The notes under the pieces are model-generated. The model saw only the letters and a list, made by a program, of their open reading frames with translations. It searched no databases and was not told where the DNA came from. A DNA stretch of 64,000 bases from Antedon mediterranea (lineage: Eukaryota; Animalia; Echinodermata): assembly GCF_964355755.1 (NCBI RefSeq), contig NC_092675.1, positions 23,966,912 through 24,030,911 of the forward strand, given 5' to 3'. A program made the position numbers and the translations under genes. Positions 1 through 10,545 of this stretch are shown here, one piece after another (positions within the stretch are counted from its first letter, which is position 1; each line of letters starts with the position of its first letter).

Positions 1-254
1 AGCCACCGCGAATGCAACAATATGCTGCTTCTCAATCACAGCAGCTACCAACTGGTAATCAGCAACAGTATCCAGAAGCCAGCAATCCTCAGGGAAAACC
101 CTTTGATCAGCAGTCTGGTCAGCCTACCGGTGCTGCTCCACCTCCTCAACAGTACCAAGCAGATCATCTACTTCAACAGAACCCTGCTGGTGGGGAAGCC
201 AGACATGAGGGAATTAACCCTCACTTTCTGCCACCTTACAGTGAAAATAACTAA
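1..254 (+). CDS. Last coding exon (5'-truncated by window edge) of an upstream MS4A/CD20-like gene copy
   Basis: Matches 16304-16557 and 32616-32869; Gln/Pro-rich tail ending LPPYSENN*. Confidence 0.85.
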   Translation, partial: PPRMQQYAASQSQQLPTGNQQQYPEASNPQGKPFDQQSGQPTGAAPPPQQYQADHLLQQNPAGGEARHEGINPHFLPPYSENN

Positions 255-1926
255 ACTGTTTTGGTTTAAATACAGTATATGCTCTGTTTTATAAGCTTAC
301 TTGTACATAGACATCCATTTTAAAATTTAGTTTCCATTTTGTCATGCTTGTAAATTTTCATTATACTTCGCATGCACTATAGGTAGAGTATTAAAAAATG
401 AATTGCAGTTGGACATGCTTTTTGTCATATATACCAGTACATTACTTGATATACAAAATTATAGATAATCTTATACCCAGGCATATACTGTATCACATAT
501 CAGCTTACCCAGAAAAATCCAGTAACCACAGTTTCAACCATTCACAAATAATAGACGTATTCGGCTGATCAATCGCAAACACTTCGCAGTTTATATATGC
601 ATATAAACAGTGAGTTTGACGAGCTAGATCTGTTTGAATTTCTGATTTTAGAAACTAGTTGAAATGTTAAAAAATTAGTGTTGATTTAAAGGTGAATATA
701 TTACAGGAACTGTTATATAAATGTTACTTAAAAAAATAATAAGATTATATTTTACTCAGACAAGATGATAGTGATAGTGTTTAGTGATTTACACTCTAAA
801 GTGTAGATATTTTTTATTACCTATGGTGATTGGTTATTTTAACATGCTTTATAAAATGCAACATGTTTCACTGGTCACCATATACTGTACATTTTATTTC
901 AGTAGTATTTGCACATATATGTTTTATTATTTTTGATTGGAAATAAAATAAATAAATCACTACTGTCCCAAATAAAACAATAATATTACAAAATTGTGTA
1001 GAGATAATTGTTGACCAGTTGAGAATGTTGCTTAACATATAAATCTATTTTAAATAGTATTTTTAATGGTAAAAATGTGTTGTTTTTGTGTAGTGTACAA
1101 CACTTTTGATGAATAAAGCTGATCCATTTTTAGCATTCATAAACTTTCTTTTTAAGTTTCTTAATAACTTGTTGCAGTCCTGTAAAACATACATTGTACA
1201 GTATAGTATATAAAATATCTGATTTCTTCTTCTAGTATGATGTTTGTTTGCAGACGACTTGTTCTCCATTGTTCAGAGCTCTCTATCAATGTATGCATTG
1301 ATGTTCATGAGCTAATGACGATTGCTTTTATAATATTTAAAACCATGGACCTAAATTAGATTTATGTGGGTCCATGAATTGAAGGGTCGAAGAAGTCTTT
1401 TATACCTCCCTGATTTACCATTTGAATTTAACCCAACAAAATGACAATTACGACTAGTCTTCATGGTATTCAGGGAAGAGTGAAATTGGACTCTTCTCTA
1501 ATTGGCCTACCACATTATAATATGTCGAAATAGGCAAAATTCAGCATATATAACTTATTTTCAGGTCGTCGCGGTTTTTTTTTTTTTTTTGGTGTTTAGT
1601 AAATGTTCATAAAACGCACTCTAGCAGGTCTACTGTTTTTATGTGGTCATTATATTAGAAATGCATCATTTTAAAATGACTGAACCCTGATAATCCACAA
1701 AATGATTATAGGGCTCCTAGTTTTGGTTTGACTTAATATTAGTAGAAAGAAAAATATTTTGGCACATATGGCGTTTCATACGTATACTAATTGAGCTTGT
1801 AAACTCGGACAAAAATCGAAATAAAAAATAAATAAATAAAAAAAGACAATAAATGCAGTCTTTCTTACGATTATGTGTTTTAATATTAGAGCGCTTACAT
1901 TTTTGAAAAAAACTTTTGCGTCGATC

Positions 1927-1961
1927 CATAGAGATATTATAGTGACTATAATATCTCTATG
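1927..1961. mobile_element. Palindromic P-element-type excision scar (17+1+17 bp) with 7-bp TSD; also 18230-18264 and 34542-34576
   Basis: GTCGATC | CATAGAGATATTATAGT-G-ACTATAATATCTCTATG | GTCGATC; CAT...ATG termini. Confidence 0.7.
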
Positions 1962-2318
1962 GTCGATCCTAATGCATCTTGATTAACAAGAAACAAAATG
2001 AGTGTGTAGACGTCAAAATCTCGCATATTTTTACATTTTACTATTCACATAAAGACTATATACTATATTAAATCATGGTTACCTCCATGCTTCTATAATG
2101 TAAACTTTACGAATTTGTTTTCAAACGGAGAGTGATGTACCGTACTTTTATAAGCCTATTTGAATGATGGCGATATGCTTTGAATTAGGGACCGTCTTAT
2201 CAATTTGAGAAACTCTCCTTACTCGCTCATTTTGATTACAAATTCAGCCAGGACAGTTTTATATTGTTCAATTATTTTCAATTTATCAGCTAGTACGGTC
2301 ATCTTTTGATATATTGAC

Positions 2319-4675
2319 ATGGATCATGTATTACTAATGAAAGTAACCAGTATTATGTGTATAGTAGAAGCTGTACAACGCAAGAAGAAAGCTTTAAACA
2401 GACTGCAAAAGAAACGTAGTGTTTGGGTAAAACCATGGATAGAACGCCGACAATTACACCATGGAGCATATTATGACCTTTTAAAAGAACTGGAGGCAGA
2501 GGATATAAAAAGAGACAAATATTTTCCACACATGGACAAATCATCATTCGATGATATTTTGGAAAAAATAACTCCCTTAATAAAAAGAGAGGACACACAT
2601 ATGAGAAAAGCAATTTCCCCAGAAGAGAGATTGGCTTTAACGCTTCGTTTTTTAACATCAGGTAAGAATGTCGAATTACTTAGCTTCTTGCTTTCTCTCC
2701 GATCTAGCTAGCCTAGAATCCGGTCTATAAAAATAAACCTCATATATCTTGCTTTTACAGTATAGATAGATATGTTAAGCTCTGTCTACCCTATCGCACT
2801 AGTTGACAATAAAAATGTGTGATGTGCCCAAATATGGTAGCGTTATGACATTGTGTCCATATATGGGCACATCACGTTTTCTGTTGTCACATAAAGTTTG
2901 ATAGTGTAGACAGATCGCTTTTCTGGATCTGTAATTTTCTAAACATCAGATCTAAACTGCTAAAATAATCAGTTACAACAACGTATTTTACTTTAAACTG
3001 CATGATGTTTTCATTTTTAGGGTTTTATTGTATGTTATTGTATTGTTATATGCTGGTTGAAAAATTAAAAGAAACACAACGGCATAAATACGGATAGATT
3101 AGTACAGTATTCGGTGTAATTGCGGGTACAAATATATTTAGCTTTTTTGGTATTTGACTCCAGAAGCGTATTGACCAAACTGTGATGAATAGATTTAAAT
3201 CCCCCTACCTAGTTTTTAGAATGCATGTGGGTATATTTTTCCAATGCCATCCGATCAACAAAAATTATATACCTCCATGTTACAACTCACATAGTCATAG
3301 TTTACACGAGCAGACAACGTTGTGCATAGGTTTCGTTATTCAAATTTACATCTGAAGTAGTTTATAAATGTAGACTGTGCACTCAACAAAAAATGCTCAT
3401 AAAAAGACCCGATTGAAATATCAAAATAAATGATTTCTTTTGTCTAGGAAACACATATCAAGATATGGAGTGTCTTTATAGAGTTCCACGGAGCACCTTG
3501 AGTAAATTGATTCCTGAAACATGCAAAGCCATTTATGATGTGCTGAAAGAGGATTACTTAAAGGTATAGAATAACATTAATATTTATTTTTATTCACATG
3601 AACCTGCACTAGTCCGTGTAGCACCCCCCCCCCCCCACTAATTATTATAAGCTGTTATTGTGCGAGATATAACCATGGAGCCCTGACTGAGTGATCACTG
3701 GTTGGTGCTGTCTGATGTTAAATGTGATATGAAAATAAAAGTAAAAAATGCTTTGAAGAATCCGCATCCGGATTTTTATATATAAGTTTACGTTTCTAAA
3801 AAAAATTTAAATTATGTCATTACAATGACCAAATACACTATACATGTTTTTATTGCAATTACATAGGTTCCTGAAACAGAAGACGATTGGCTAAAAGTAG
3901 CTGAAGGTTTTAAAGAAAAATGGCAGTTTCCCAATTGTATTGGAGCACTAGACGGACAAATTATACAAATAAACCCACGGCCTGGATGGGTATCAATGTA
4001 TAAAAACAATTTCAGTATTATTCAAATGGCATTAGTTGATGCAGACTATAAATTCATATATGTTGATGTCGGCTGTAGAGTGGATGATGGTGGAGTATGG
4101 CATGGGTGTTCGTTGAAAAAAGCTCTTGATGACGGTACGATCAATATTCCAGGCCCACAATGCCTTCCTGGAAGGGAGAAACCAATGCCTCATGTAATAG
4201 TGGCTGATAAAGTTTTTCCTTTGAAAGAAACTATTATGAAACCTTATCCATCAAGAGGAATAAGTAAGGAAAAGAAATCTTCAACTACCGTCTTTCAAGG
4301 GCAAGGAGGACAGCGGAGAATGCTTTTGGAATCCAGACAAATCGATTCCGTGTATTTCAGCAACCATTTAGAGCACACCCTAATAACGTAAGGTCAATGG
4401 TTTTAAGTACGTGTGTACTTCACAATTATTTACTCACCAAGCCCAGTTCAAGAAATATATACACATTAAATAATCTCGATGTAGAAAATATAAAAACTGG
4501 AATAGTGACTGAAGGAAGTTGGCGAAGAGGTCCAACCCCAAATGGAATAGCTCCTTTAGAATCACAATGTGGTAACAGGGCTGGTGGTCCGGCTAAACTT
4601 GTACAAAATGAGTTTTGTGACTATTTTAATGGAAATGGTAAAGTTGAATGGCAGTGGAGAGTTGGACTAGAGTAA
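2319..4675 (+). pseudogene. PIF/Harbinger DDE transposase (HARBI1-like), frameshifted copy
   Basis: Exons 2319-2661, 3448-3563, 3867-4675 with GT-AG introns. Motifs ERLALTLRFLTSG, WQFPNCIGALDG, ALVDADYKFIYVDVG. 1-bp deletion (A4 at 4270-4273 vs A5 at 36888-36892) before the ENAFG catalytic motif. Confidence 0.9.
2778..2919. mobile_element. Harbinger/Tourist-like MITE in transposase intron 1; also 19081-19222 and 35393-35534
   Basis: TTA then AGCTCTGTCTAC... and ...AGTTTGATAGTGTAGACAGA terminal inverted repeats; same family at 6806, 40915, 63632. Confidence 0.7.
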
Positions 4676-4762
4676 CATTGTAAACATAATGTCACAAACG
4701 TACAATTTTGTATATTTCTCGCCAAATTATAAAGCGACCCATTTCCAACATGTGGGTCAGAT

Positions 4763-4781
4763 CATGGAGGATACCTCCATA
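4763..4781. mobile_element. Short palindromic P-type scar with 7-bp TSD; also 21066-21084 and 37382-37400
   Basis: GTCAGAT | CATGGAGG-ATA-CCTCCATA | GTCAGAT. Confidence 0.55.
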
Positions 4782-5179
4782 GTCAGATACTGTAAAATAA
4801 AATGGTTGTAAAACAGTTGTAAATTATATTTAATCAAATTATGTATTTAATGAAAGACAACTTCGTGAATTGTGCTTTTTGTTGTTCATTTGTTGGCGTC
4901 AGGTAACGGATTGATTCAGACAAAATTTAATTTGCTATAATTATACAATATTTAATTTTAGATTATTTTATTATTATTATTTAAGATTACAGTACAGAAT
5001 CGGGAGAAGTTAATGTAATTAAGCCAGCAAGAAGAAAACAATTATACATTAAATAATTTACACAAATGTACAGTATTATAAAATGTATTAAACTTTTCTT
5101 TGGTTTATATAATGGTTTGGTAATAATACTTTAATAAGACAATCTACAGAACACTCTGAATAAATGTTGAATAAATGTT

Positions 5180-6155
5180 ATTCTTAGAAGGATACGAATT
5201 GATTGATTATTGGTGGTGGTGGTTGGTTAGGTGGTGGCTGATTATCGGTGGTGGTTGGTTAGGTGGTGGCTGATTTATTGGTGGTAGTTGCTAATAAATC
5301 TGATGAGAATATTTAAACTGAGAATTGTTTTGTAGCTCTTCGTCCTCATCAGGTATTCTAAATATCACCTCCTTTGTTGAATCGCTTTGCGCTTAAGCCT
5401 AGGAGTTGTTATTCTTTTCAACCACATTGTGAATAATTCCCCTGATGCAGATCTTCATCATATTGGCTCCTGTTTCGTTCTTAGATGATGATGTAGTGGC
5501 TGTACGCAAAGCTTCTGTTGCAGCTAACATGAAATCGTCATATGGGGTTCCCTTTACCTTTTTATTGTTGTTATTAGGCGTTAGATGCCTACCCGAAGAA
5601 GTGTATTTTCCTATTCCTGTGGAATTCTTGCTAGTTTGAATAGCATCACAATCATCATCAACATCTTCATAATCAAAATAATCCGCATATTTATCAGTGA
5701 TGTAAATTGACTTATTAGGCTCCTAAAAATTAAATAATATGTCATTACACTAAATATAAGCCTAAATTGAAATATGTCATTTACACTAACTATAGGCCTA
5801 GGCCTAAATTATAAATGGGCCTACATTATAAATATACATATGGCCTACACCCTCAAATCCATTAGCATTACGTTGTTGTAATAGTGCTGGTAAAGCTAGA
5901 CTGTACCGTAAACATACTACAAAAGAAGTTTTTAGTCGCGTGCAACGCGACTTACTATGTCGTTCGGTTGATCGGTCGGTCGGTTGGTAGGTCGGTAAAC
6001 ACTAACATGTATATGTCCTTGTTACCTAATTACTTCAATGGCAAATGGTCTATGTTCTTTAATAGCAAAGTCAATTTTAGACTGCTTAAATAATTACCAA
6101 ATTTGAAACGGCAAGCTGCTGCTGCTGAAAAATGTGTGGCAGCACGAAATGCATC
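5180..6155 (-). pseudogene. Decayed duplicate of the MADF gene, with a further 222-bp deletion; also 21483-22458
   Basis: Homologous to 7854-8810 (e.g. GCTGTACGCAAAGCTTCTGTTGCAGCTAACATGAAATC) with indels; the 38772-38993 equivalent is missing. Confidence 0.85.
5929..6003. mobile_element. Helentron/HINE-like terminal fragment
   Basis: T-run, hairpin AGTCGCGT-GCA-ACGCGACT, then (GGTC)n microsatellite; related tract near 62222-62250. Confidence 0.4.
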
Positions 6156-6599
6156 CTAAATTCACTGTCACTCTATTATGGGAAAGGCCGGTCCGGGACA
6201 TTATTCGAGCGCTTTTTTTAACCATGTGAACAAAAAATAAGCGTATCAATACCGGAGTGGTGCAATTTAGAAGTCTATTCCATGAAGTAAATTATTCCAT
6301 GATTATTCCGAAATGTTTCGCACTTCAACCTACGTGGGAACAATTAATATTTTTTTAAACATTACTGATAGTTGCCTTTACGTAAATTTATATATAGATA
6401 CGATCTATTATGTTCATCCAATTCAATGGTGAACCCATTCAATACACTAATGGGCACAATTTGGGATTGACAGGCGTCCCGGGGGAAGGATCAACTTCTT
6501 ATAAAATATAACTGAGCAGTCAAGTTTCTTTCACTCAGTCAGTATAGCGGTATAGCCAGTTATATTATGATTATACAGTACCGGAACTAGTTACTCTGA

Positions 6600-6825
6600 G
6601 TTATTATAGTTGAAAATGATAATTTGAAAAAAATATATAATTTAATAAACCGTAATAAAATCAGTGAGATCTGCCATCCTCAACATAATACTATCTCTGT
6701 CTACACTATCAAGTTATTATAGTTGAAAATGATAATTTGAAAAAAATATATAATTTAATAAACCGTAATAAAATCAGTGAGATCTGCCATCCTCAACATA
6801 ATACTATCTCTGTCTACACTATCAA
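6600..6825. repeat. 113-bp direct tandem duplication (U0 and U1 only; 22903-23128)
   Basis: GTTATTATAGTTGAAAATG...CTACACTATCAA starts at 6600 and 6713; single copy at ~40822 in the last unit. Confidence 0.9.
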
Positions 6826-6929
6826 ACTTTATGTACTCAATTATGGTAGTGATATGCCATCATTATGTCCATATATGGGCACGTCATCACATTTTTGATT
6901 ACATAAAGTTTGATAGTGTAGACAGACCT
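6806..6929. mobile_element. Harbinger/Tourist-like MITE; also 23109-23232 and 40915-41045
   Basis: TIRs CTGTCTACACTATCAAACTTTATGT / ACATAAAGTTTGATAGTGTAGACAG, followed by TAA. Confidence 0.75.
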
Positions 6930-7619
6930 TAAGAAAATAGCTATTCGGATTAAATATTGAATGATCATCAAGAAAAACTACAAAAAAGCAATTATTATGC
7001 AAATGCATTTAGACAAAAGCACAGTACTGTAATTAGAAATAGAACTAAGAGGATGTCCCAACTGTAAAATGTTTAAACAACAAACCTAAAACGATGAATA
7101 CAATTATCAATCTCGGATCAATAAACTATTGTAAAACGGTCCTTTATTGGAGAACCTTTGCTAAAACCAACCCGTTAATTCATTAATAAAAGAAAAGTTA
7201 ATTTCTTGTTCAGTAGGCCTAAATATCTCAATGTAATTCGAGCCAAATTGTTAATGAATAATCTTGCAGTATTACATAATGATCTGTTTAATCATTTGAT
7301 CGTGCTGGGAAGGAATGACAGGTTTAACACAGTTTGATACTCTATATCAATCATCTATAAAAATGGTAAAGACTGGTGAAAAACTCGACGTGAGCTTATA
7401 TAGTAACGCAAGGAAATCGACATGAGAAAACCTTCAGAAAAGCGATTGATTATTTTATTGTAACATTGTCATTAGGCCTATTACAGTATACAGTTCCACA
7501 CAATATTCTTAGTAAATTGAGTGTTTAAATTGCAAATCCATTTATTTATTTATTATTTATGAATGACGATTTTATCATTTATGAAGAAGCTGTAGTTGCG
7601 AGGGAAAAAATGTGGAACG

Positions 7620-7965
7620 TTTTGGTGGTGGTTGATTTATGTGGTGGATGATTATTGGTGGTGGCTGATTGGTTGGTTGTGGATAATTTGGCTGTGGGCT
7701 GATTTGGTGATGGCTGATTGGTTGATTTGGTTGTAGGCTGATTTGGTGGTGGCTGATTGATTGGTGGTGGCTAATTTGGTTGTAGGCTGATTTGGTGGTG
7801 TCTGATTGTGGTGCTGGCTGATTTGGTGGTAGATGATTTTTGGCGGTGGATGATTATTGGTGGTGGTTGATTTGGTGGTGGCTGATTATTGGTAGTGGCT
7901 GATTTATTGGTGGTGGTGGCTGATTTATTGGTGGTGGTGGCTGATTTGTTGTTGGTGGTGGATGA
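7620..7965. repeat. Degenerate GGTGGTGGCTGATTT(ATT) minisatellite overlapping the MADF 3' end (encodes PPPINQ repeats)
   Basis: Imperfect 15-21 bp units; one extra 21-bp unit in the last copy (~42000-42075). Confidence 0.85.
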
Positions 7966-8810
7966 TTATAAATATGAGGGGAATAGTTAAACTGAGAATT
8001 GCTTTGTTGCTCTTCGTCCTCATCAAGTATTCTAAATATCACCTCCTGCATTTGCTGAATCGCTTTGCGCTTAAGCCTAGGAGTTTTTATCTTTTTCAAC
8101 CACATTGCAAATAGTTTCCCCTGTTGCAGATCTTCATCATCGGCTCCTGTTTCATTCTTATTCGATGATGATGTAGTAGCTGTACGCAAAGCTTCTGTTG
8201 CAGCTAACATGAAATCCTCATGTGGGGTTCTCTCATTAATTGTCTTTAACTTTTTATTGTTTTTAGGTGTTAGATGCTTAGCCGCAGGGTATTTTCTTGT
8301 TCCTGTAGAATCCTTGCTAGTTTGAAGAGCATCACAATCATCACCAACATCTTCATAATCAAAATAATCTGCATATTCATCAGTGATGTAAATTGACACA
8401 TTAGGTTCCTGAAAAATAAAACAGATGACACCAACAATATGTTACCAAAATATACATAATTTATTGCAAAACAGATAGGTTGAAGGTTTAGGAAAAATGA
8501 AATTTCCCCAAAAGTCAAATTCTAATACTTGTGAGAAGGAAGAGAGGCGCGTACCCAAATGAAATAGCGCCGTATTACACTTACAGTGACTGTGGTATAC
8601 AGGAATTCCTAAAACTAGAAAAGGATTTTGTATTGTTTGTACATGATTATTTCAATAACAACATAGAGTCAAATGCGTCAATGGCAACTGCTAATAAACA
8701 TTGTAAACTTACAATTTTGTATATTTCTTACCAAATTTGAAACGGATAGCTGGCTAGCAAAATGTGTGGCAGCAAGAAATGTATCAAGTTGTTCAAAATA
8801 CATCCACTTA
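7854..8810 (-). pseudogene. MADF gene, 5'-deleted copy; also 24157-25113
   Basis: Exon 3 (8408-7854) and end of exon 2 (8810-8732) remain. A 787-bp deletion (42938-43724 equivalent) removes the start codon and most of the MADF domain. Confidence 0.88.
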
Positions 8811-8857
8811 CAACATGTTTGTATTGCTCAGAATTTGATACCAATTTTTTTACAACA

Positions 8858-10545
8858 GCTCAAGTATACCAAAATGACTATAGTTGAGAACAGTGGTAAA
8901 CTGGATCGTACATTAATGTTATTTGTTGTATATTATTACGTTTATCCTATTCTTTATCACTGTGCTCAAGTATACCAAAATGACTATAGTTGAGAACAGT
9001 GTTAAACGGGATCGTACATTAATGTTTTTTGTTGTATATTGTTAAGTTTATCCTATTCTTTATCACTGTGCTCAAGTATACCAAAATGACTGTAGTCGAG
9101 AACAGTGTTAAACGGGATCGTACATTAATGTACGTTTTTTGTTGTATATTGTTAAGTTTATCCTATTCTTTATCACTGTTCTCAAGTATACCAAAATGAC
9201 TATAGTTGAGAACAGAGTTAAACTGGATCGTACATTAATGTTTTTTGTTGTATATTGTTAAGTTTATCCTATTATCACTGTTCTCAAGTATACCAAAATA
9301 ACTATAGTTGAGAACAGTGTTAAACTGGATCGTACATTAATGTTTTTTGTTGTATATTGTTAAGTTTATCCTATTCTGTATCACTGTTCTCAAGTATACC
9401 AAAATGACTATAGTTGAGAACAGAGTTAAACTGGATCGTACATTAATGTTTTTTGTTGTATATTGTTAAGTTTATCCTATTCTTTATCACTGTTCTCAAG
9501 TATACCAAAATAACTATAGTTGAGAACAGTGTTAAACTGGATCGTACATTAATGTTTTTTGTTGTATATTTTTAAGTTTATCCTATTCTTTATCACTGTG
9601 CTCAAGTATACCAAAATGACTATAGTTGAGAACAGTGTTAAACTGGATCGTACATTAATGTTTTTTGTTGTATATTTTTAAGTTTATTCTATTCTTTATC
9701 ACTGTGCTCAAGTATACCAAAATGACTATAGTTGAGAACAGTGGTAAACTGGATCGTACATTAATGTTATTTGTTGTATATTATTAAGTTTATCCTATTC
9801 TTTATCACTGTGCTCAAGTATACCAAAATGACTATAGTTGAGAACAGTGTTAAACGGGATCGTACATTAATGTTTGTTGTTGTATATTGTTAAGTTTATC
9901 CTATTCTTTATCACTGTTCTCAAGTATACCAAAATGACTATAGTTGAGAACAGTGTTAAACTGGATCGTACATTAATGTTTTTTGTTGTATATTGCTAAG
10001 TTTATCCTATTCTTTATCACTGTTCTCAAGTATACCAAAATGACTATAGTTGAGAACAGTGTTAAACGGGATCGTACATTAATGTTTTTTGTTGTATATT
10101 GTTAAGTTTATCCTATTCTTTATAACTGTTCTCAAGTATACCAAAATGACTATAGTTGAGAACAGTGTTAAACTGGATCGTACATTAATGTTTTTTGTTG
10201 TATATTGTTAAGTTTATCCTATTCTTTATCACTGTGCTCAAGTATACCAAAATGACTATAGTTGAGAACAGTGTTAAACGGGATCGTACATTGTTGTTGT
10301 ATATTGTTAAGTTTATCCTATTCTTTATCACTGTTCTCAAGTATACCAAAATGACTATAGTTGAGAACAGTGTTAAACGGGATCGTACATTAATGTTATT
10401 TGTTGTATATTGTTAAGTTTATCCTATTCTTTATCAATGTGCTCAAGTATACCAAAATGACTATAGTTGAGAACAGTGTTAAACTACATCGTACATTAAT
10501 GTTATTTGTTGTATATTGTTAAGTGTATTCTTTATTCTTATTAAT
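8858..10545. repeat. Tandem array of 16 x 106-bp units, each containing a 54-nt hairpin
   Basis: CTCAAGTATACC starts at 8859, 8965, 9071, 9181, 9283, 9389, 9495, 9601, 9707, 9813, 9919, 10025, 10131, 10237, 10336, 10442; no unique spacers. Confidence 0.97.

Larger units (their letters stand above)
1..8859. repeat. Tandem segmental duplication, partial unit U0
   Basis: All ORFs recur at +16303; one SNP noticed versus the next unit in this span (8092/24395). Confidence 0.95.

Noticed and set aside
2000-2318. Terminal inverted repeats for the Harbinger locus (compared with 43500-43900)
   Set aside because: No convincing inverted match with a TAA/TTA TSD found by eye; element ends left undefined.
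22-2658. ORFs 22-294, 1063-1269, 1717-1929, 2353-2658 (and 5445-5639, 8065-8325, 14537-14722)
   Set aside because: Alternative-frame or antisense shadows of real exons, or AT-rich noise; their recurrence only reflects the segmental duplication.
8531-10416. ORFs 8531-8740, 8673-8993, 10195-10416 and their copies
   Set aside because: Antisense to a MADF intron, read-through of the junction, or translations of satellite units; no protein features.
8858-10545. CRISPR array (palindromic repeats at regular spacing)
   Set aside because: Sequence between hairpins is also repeated, so there are no unique spacers; no cas genes; eukaryotic context.
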